From Saccostrea echinata (taxonomy: Eukaryota), in the NCBI RefSeq assembly GCF_033153115.1, contig NW_026889760.1, positions 62,001 through 126,000 of the forward strand: a stretch of DNA of 64,000 bases, read 5' to 3'. A program made the translations under genes and the position numbers. This document shows, piece by piece, positions 58,727-64,000 of this stretch; position 1 is the first letter of the stretch, and each line of letters begins with the position of its first letter. The notes under the pieces are model-generated. The model made no database searches and was not told where the DNA came from. It saw only the letters and a list, made by a program, of their open reading frames with translations.

Positions 58727-59343
58727 GGTAGTCCGATCCTCAGGTTCTGAAATTAAATTAGAAGTTTAGTATATTGCAATGCTCACAAAAATGTCACTGA
58801 ATTCACCGTGGCAATGTAATGTGTATTTACCCATGGTATATCATCAAAGTTCATCATTAAAGTTAATCATATTAAAGAAAATTATCAAAACTCAAATATA
58901 TTTTCAGGAAATGCGGATGAAAGCACCAGTTATGCATTTTAATTTCTAATTGTAATTTCATCAAAAAATATATTTTAGAATAAAAAAAACTGTATAGGTA
59001 TCCAGGCATTTGGAGAGATTGCATTTTTAAAGTCTGCATATCGTCTCTTTGGAAGACATCACTGAAAGCTTTTAATTTCATATCATGTTAATAAAAAAAT
59101 TGGCATATAAGGCTAGATTAAAGGAAGTTTAATTTCTCTTAAAATGTATTTACTATTGTACTTATATGGGGTGCAAATGTCAACTTTTTACAATTTACTT
59201 TCTGGGACTTTAAAGAACCTATTGAGATGCATAAAATGAAAATTGTTGCATGAAAAATTTCAATGTCAAGTTCTATTTTTAGACTAATTAATTAAACAAA
59301 AATTTTAAGGGTTATATCCTATCTGGGTGAGGAACGGATATCC
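58727..59343. mobile_element. Kolobok-like MITE upstream of XPOT
   Basis: TTAA|GGTAGTCCGATCCTCA ... TGAGGAACGGATATCC|TTAA. Confidence 0.7.
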
Positions 59344-59951
59344 TTAAAAAAAAGTTAAATTGCCCATGTGACTTTTCCCTTACCATTCTATGTACGAGTT
59401 ATTTAAAACCTGCATCAACATGGCGACTATGGATGACGAAACGTGGCCAGAGAAATTTGAAATCCAGTAAATAATCTATCTTTAGGTAATTTTATCTTTA
59501 TTGCATCACCATGAAAAGATCAACGAGAGATTATATATTAAAGCTGAAAATATTTGAATCATAATTCAGTGTTTATTTAAATTTTGGTCATGCTACATAA
59601 AGATTTGAGGCGTATTTATATATTTTGTGGAAACGTGAATTTTGATGAAACAGCTGAAAAAAAAAGTTTATGTACAAAATGGAATAAATTTGCTTGACCA
59701 TAATATAGCCATTTTAAGCAGTTGAAGTTAATTGTAGTTAATCTTCGTTGAAATGCTTCATTCAGGTTCGTATGTTATCTGTTTTTGTTTATATTTCGAG
59801 TTTCCTCTGTTCATGTAAATTTTGCGCAATATGTTAACATTTACTTTTCTAAAATATTTGTTTAATGAATTTTATATCGTCCTACTATTATATTGTTTTA
59901 AATAAAATGGCATGTAATCCCTTTTATGGGTATAGATCTTTCCATTGTTTG

Positions 59952-60872
59952 CATACATGTGACAGAACTGAAAAATCACAACTGGAGATTTGAAAATTTT
60001 CAGCTGGAGTTTTGGTCTCAAAGCTGGAGATTTTTTATCGACATTTTTTCAAATCGCAAAAGACCATCCAACCCCCAAAATTCAGGAAAAAATACCTTCT
60101 CCCAGTTTATTACTTTACAAATTTTATTTTATAAAGTTGTTGTCTATAGTTTTAAGAAAAATATGATAAAGTTTTTATTCAAATGACGTGAAATTGAGTA
60201 TTCAAAATGAAATCAACTCATTTCCTAGTAAATTAATTAAGAGTTAACAGCATCATTAAAACATTGGATAAAATTTTATTTTTGATTTAGTATTGATATA
60301 TCAACTAGTAAGTGAAGTAAAACTTAGCTAGGTTTTATGTAACAAATTCTATGTCAGTAATTTGTTTTTAAATAGAATATGTACAGATGAAAAAAGTACC
60401 CTCTAAAAAAATAAACAAATTAGAGTCAGGTATATTTTAGCAACACCCTGTAGTGTGATCTATTTTTAACTAGAGTGTGATCTACATTATAACTGTATCT
60501 TTTAATGACCAAAGCAGCATTAGAAGATGGCAACTGGGTATTTTAGCAACTAATTACAATGTTTTGCATTCAGTAATAAACATCAATGGTCTTTTATCAA
60601 GTTGAAATATCACTAATTTTTACAACATAATTATACGACCTCATGTTGATTCATACGAAGCCTACCGCTGTGAAAATTTATTGCACTGGCGTTGTTATCT
60701 CAATTTCTTTTCATTCTGTGCAATTACATGAAACACGATCAAAAAAATATTGCAAATAATATTTAATTTGAAGAACTTTAAAACACGGAAGATTTAAAAA
60801 TTAATCGGGAGGGGCGGAAGGGGGGTGAAATATCGGGAGATTTTGTCTCCCGCCGGAAGAATCACATGTATG
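59952..60872. mobile_element. CAT-terminated MITE with a 6-bp TSD
   Basis: TGTTTG|CATACATGTGA ... TCACATGTATG|TGTTTG. Confidence 0.7.
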
Positions 60873-61261
60873 TGTTTGTTTGATAAACATGATAAAAAAC
60901 AGTTTCTTATAAACTCTTTTCTTTTCTTTTTTTGTTGAATTCATTTAGTCTAGATATGTGAATACCAAGGACATGTGAAAGAGATTGGCTTATCTAGTCA
61001 TATTATTAATTCAAATTTCTTTTTCATTATCTTAATTATCTATATATCTAATTGTTGGAAGTTTTTCAACAGTCCTACCATGAAAGCTACAAGTATGTTT
61101 CAGATGTTGATGTAACAAAAAATGGAGAGAGAGACAGTAAAGTTGAAAAAATGTTATTGAACTACTGAAAATCGAAAAATATTTGATTCCTTGCAGGCTT
61201 TAGACATGGTGTAGATACCTCAGAAGTTTTTCTCTATCGAGAACCTGTTTTATATTTTGTG

Positions 61262-62140
61262 ATGGATGAGGATGCTCTACGTGGATTGGACCCTCGTGCT
61301 GATCCACAGCTCCAGACTAGGGTAGGTTTTATTATTTGTACATAAATGTCAGTCACATTGGTAGTATTTTGCATTTTTGTCATTTATTTCATGAGGTTAA
61401 GTTTGTTAATTACCTATGGTAAAGAAAAGTATTTTCAATTAAGTAAAACAGTTCTCTTTTTTGGGGGGGAGGGGGGGGGGGGTACAGATTTCAAAGGAAA
61501 CAACTCAGTCTAATATCATGAATATTCACATTTAAGATTTTCAACTGGAATTTAAAAAAAAAATCATGATGTACATTTATTTTGTTGATCAAAGGTAACT
61601 TATAAACAGCATGATGGGGGGGGGGGGGTTGAAAGTCAAGTAGTATTTATACCAACCTCTGGTTTAATTCTGTCATTCAATCTTGTGGAATTTTTGTAGA
61701 CTGACATTCATTATAATGGCAGAGTTCAAGATCTTATCAGTCCATTAAAGATTATTTTATTTTGATCATTAGTTTTTCATCTTGACTGAAATGCCCAAGG
61801 ATTTCATTAGTTGGTTAGTTATACCTCTTTGCCCCTGCAGGGGCATAGGGCCTTGTCAACAACTCTCCATCTTGGGCTGCATGTTTCACTTCCCTCCACA
61901 TGCTCCAGGACATTCAGATAGATCAAAGCTCTGCATCAAGGATCCCTCTCAATGTTGTTGCTGGACGCTTTCTTTTTCTATTGACGTATTGGTTCCAGTT
62001 CAGAGCATGCCTTGTGATGCTATTTTGTGGTCTTCAAAGTATATGACTTATCCAACACTATTTTTGCAGTTTGATAGTCTCTGCTTTGGTTTCTGTTCAA
62101 AAGGAATTCTGTCTCAATCTTTAATTCTTGTTTTGATGGG

Positions 62141-62187
<47 letters not shown>

Positions 62188-62242
62188 CATTTTGTCCGTC
62201 GTCCGTCCGTCTGTCTGTCTGTCCGTCTGTTTTCACATTTTT

Positions 62243-62273
<31 letters not shown>

Positions 62274-63748
62274 TGACCAAACTTGGTACAAAGCATCCTT
62301 GGGTGAAGGGGAATTTAAATTGTTAAAATGAAGGGCCAAGTCCCCTCACAAGGGGAGATAATCAAGAGAAGTCAAAAATAGGGTGGGGTCATTAAAAAAT
62401 CTTCTTCTCAAGAACCACAGGGCCAGTAAAGCTGAAACTTATATGGAAGCATCCTGGGGTAGTGTAGATTCTAATTTGTTCAAATCATGACCCCCGGGGG
62501 TAGGGCGGGGCCACAATGTGGAATCAATGTTTTACATAGAAATATATAGGAAAAATCTTTAAAAATCTTCTTCTCAAGAACAACTGGGCCAGAAAAGCTG
62601 AAACTATTGTGGAAGCATCCTGGGGTAGTGTAGATTCTAAATTGTTAAAATCATGACCCCCGGGGGTAGGGCGGGGCCACAATAGGGAATCCAAGTTTTA
62701 CATTGAAATATATAGAAAAAATCTTTAAAAATCTTCTCAAGAACCATTGGGCCAGAAAAGCTGAAACTAATGTGGAAGCATCTTGGGGTAGTGTAGATTC
62801 TAAATTGTTAAAATCATGACCCCAGGGGGTAGGGCGGGGCCACAAGGGGGAATCCAAGTTTTACATTGAAATATATAGAAAAAATCTTTAAAAATCTTCT
62901 TCTCAAGAACCACTGGGCCAGAAAAGCTGAAACTAATGTGGAAGCATCTTGGGGTAGTGTAGATTCTAAATTGTTAAAATCATGACCCCCGGGGATAGGG
63001 CGGGGCCACAATAGGGAATCCAAGTTTTACATTGAAATATATAGAAACAATCTTTAAAAATCTTCTTCTCAAGAACCACAGGGCCAGAAAAGCTGAAACT
63101 AATGTAGAAGTATCCTGGGGTAGTGTAGATATAAATTGTTAAAAGCATGACCCCCGGGGGTAGGGCGGGGCCACAATAGGGAATCCAAGTTTTACATTGA
63201 AATATATAGAAAAAATCTTTAAAAATCTTCTTCTCAAGAACCACAGGGCCAGAAAAGCTGAAACTAATGTAGAAGTATCCTGGGGTAGTGTAGATTCTAA
63301 ATTGTTAAAATCATGACCCCAGGGGATAGGATGGGACCACAATAGGTGTATTACATGGGGGAAAGTCTGGTGAAGAACAGCTGGGCCAAAGTTACTCAGG
63401 TGAGCGTTGTGGCCCATGGGCCTCTTGTTTCAACTTGTACATGTTGTAAAATTACCGAAGTGAAATAGTATGTATATTATTGTGCAGACGATGCCAATTT
63501 TATTATTTGTAGGCTCTCCAGTACTTTGATTATTATTTGTAGACTCTCCAGTACTTTGGTTATTATTTGTAGGCTCTCCAGTACTTTGATTATTATTTGT
63601 AGGCTCTCCAGTACTTTGATTATTATTTGTAGGCTCTTCAGTACTTTGATTATTATTTGTAGGCTCTCCAGTACTTTGAGCAACTGAAAACATCAGGAGA
63701 TGGATGGAAGTTATGTGCTGCAGCATTTACAAATGGAAGTTACTTTGG
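61262..63748 (+). CDS. XPOT: Exportin-T (tRNA exportin), first two coding exons; a third exon starts at 63998 and continues beyond the window
   Basis: 61262-61321 MDEDALRGLDPRADPQLQTR|gt and 63663-63748 ALQYFEQLKTSGDGWKLCAAAF|gt resemble the exportin-T N-terminus (MDEQALLGLNPNAD...RALAYFEQLK, recalled). Not present in the supplied ORF track. Confidence 0.85.
62141..63429 (+). mobile_element. Complete HINE-like element with ~6 units of the ~165-bp satellite, in an XPOT intron
   Basis: 5' TTTTAGCTCACCTGAGCCGAAGGCTCAAGTGAGC, (GTCC/GTCT)n microsatellite, internal array, and 3' CTCAGGTGAGCGTTGTGGCCCATGGGCCTCTTGTT. Inserted in a T-run. Confidence 0.9.
63498..63678 (+). repeat. 6 x 30-bp tandem repeat spanning the XPOT splice acceptor
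   Basis: Unit TTATTATTTGTAG|GCTCTCCAGTACTTTGA; AGs end at 63512, 63542, 63572, 63602, 63632 and 63662. Confidence 0.95.
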
Positions 63749-64000
63749 GTAAGTGAATAAAAATGACAGTATGTTTTTATGATGCCAATAAATAGCAGGG
63801 ATTTTTATTTTTGCATGTTTTTTCTTGTCAGATTTTTTTTTTTCAAGCAATGTTTATATTCATTAAGATATTCAGTATCCTAGGCAATGAATGAATAATA
63901 CATGTACATGTATCTGAGCTCCAAACTTTTGATTTACTTTCATATGAATGTAGTAAGTTGAAGAACATTCTGTTTAATAGAGTTTCCCATTTTTCAGGAA

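Noticed and set aside
61782-62174. 130-aa Cys-rich ORF
   Set aside because: It is intronic, runs into a HINE terminus and has no recognisable domain. It is probably an antisense retroelement remnant.
62145-63417. Repeated short ORFs and a CRISPR-like regular repeat appearance
   Set aside because: This is a homogeneous satellite inside a HINE-like element in a eukaryotic intron. There are no unique spacers and no cas genes.
63430-63726. Minus-strand ORFs with (STGEPTNNNQ)n and (KVLESLQIII)n repeats
   Set aside because: They are antisense translations of the 30-bp XPOT acceptor array, not proteins.

Overview
AT-rich, intron-rich animal genomic DNA, most likely an oyster-type bivalve, judged from the ~166-bp satellite carried inside Helentron/HINE-like elements. 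I assembled six housekeeping genes exon by exon from GT-AG boundaries. They form three head-to-head pairs: BAP1(-, 3' end outside window)/ALG10(+), RAB7(-)/EEF1AKMT2(+) and FAM120A(-)/XPOT(+, only the 5' end present). Introns are packed with non-autonomous transposons: HINE-like elements with internal satellite arrays, Harbinger-, Kolobok-, Tc1- and Mutator-like MITEs, CA-terminated MITEs with 5-6 bp TSDs, a Penelope-like remnant and a tRNA-derived repeat. The most unusual signal is six tandem duplications, in four of the six genes, whose repeat unit spans a real exon-intron junction. These create arrays of decoy splice sites in which the exon-proximal copy is the one that yields the conserved protein. 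In the XPOT, EEF1AKMT2 and nearest BAP1 acceptor decoys, use of the decoy gives a premature stop. Coordinates were read by eye and may be off by a few bases. Gene identities come from recalled protein motifs, not from searches.
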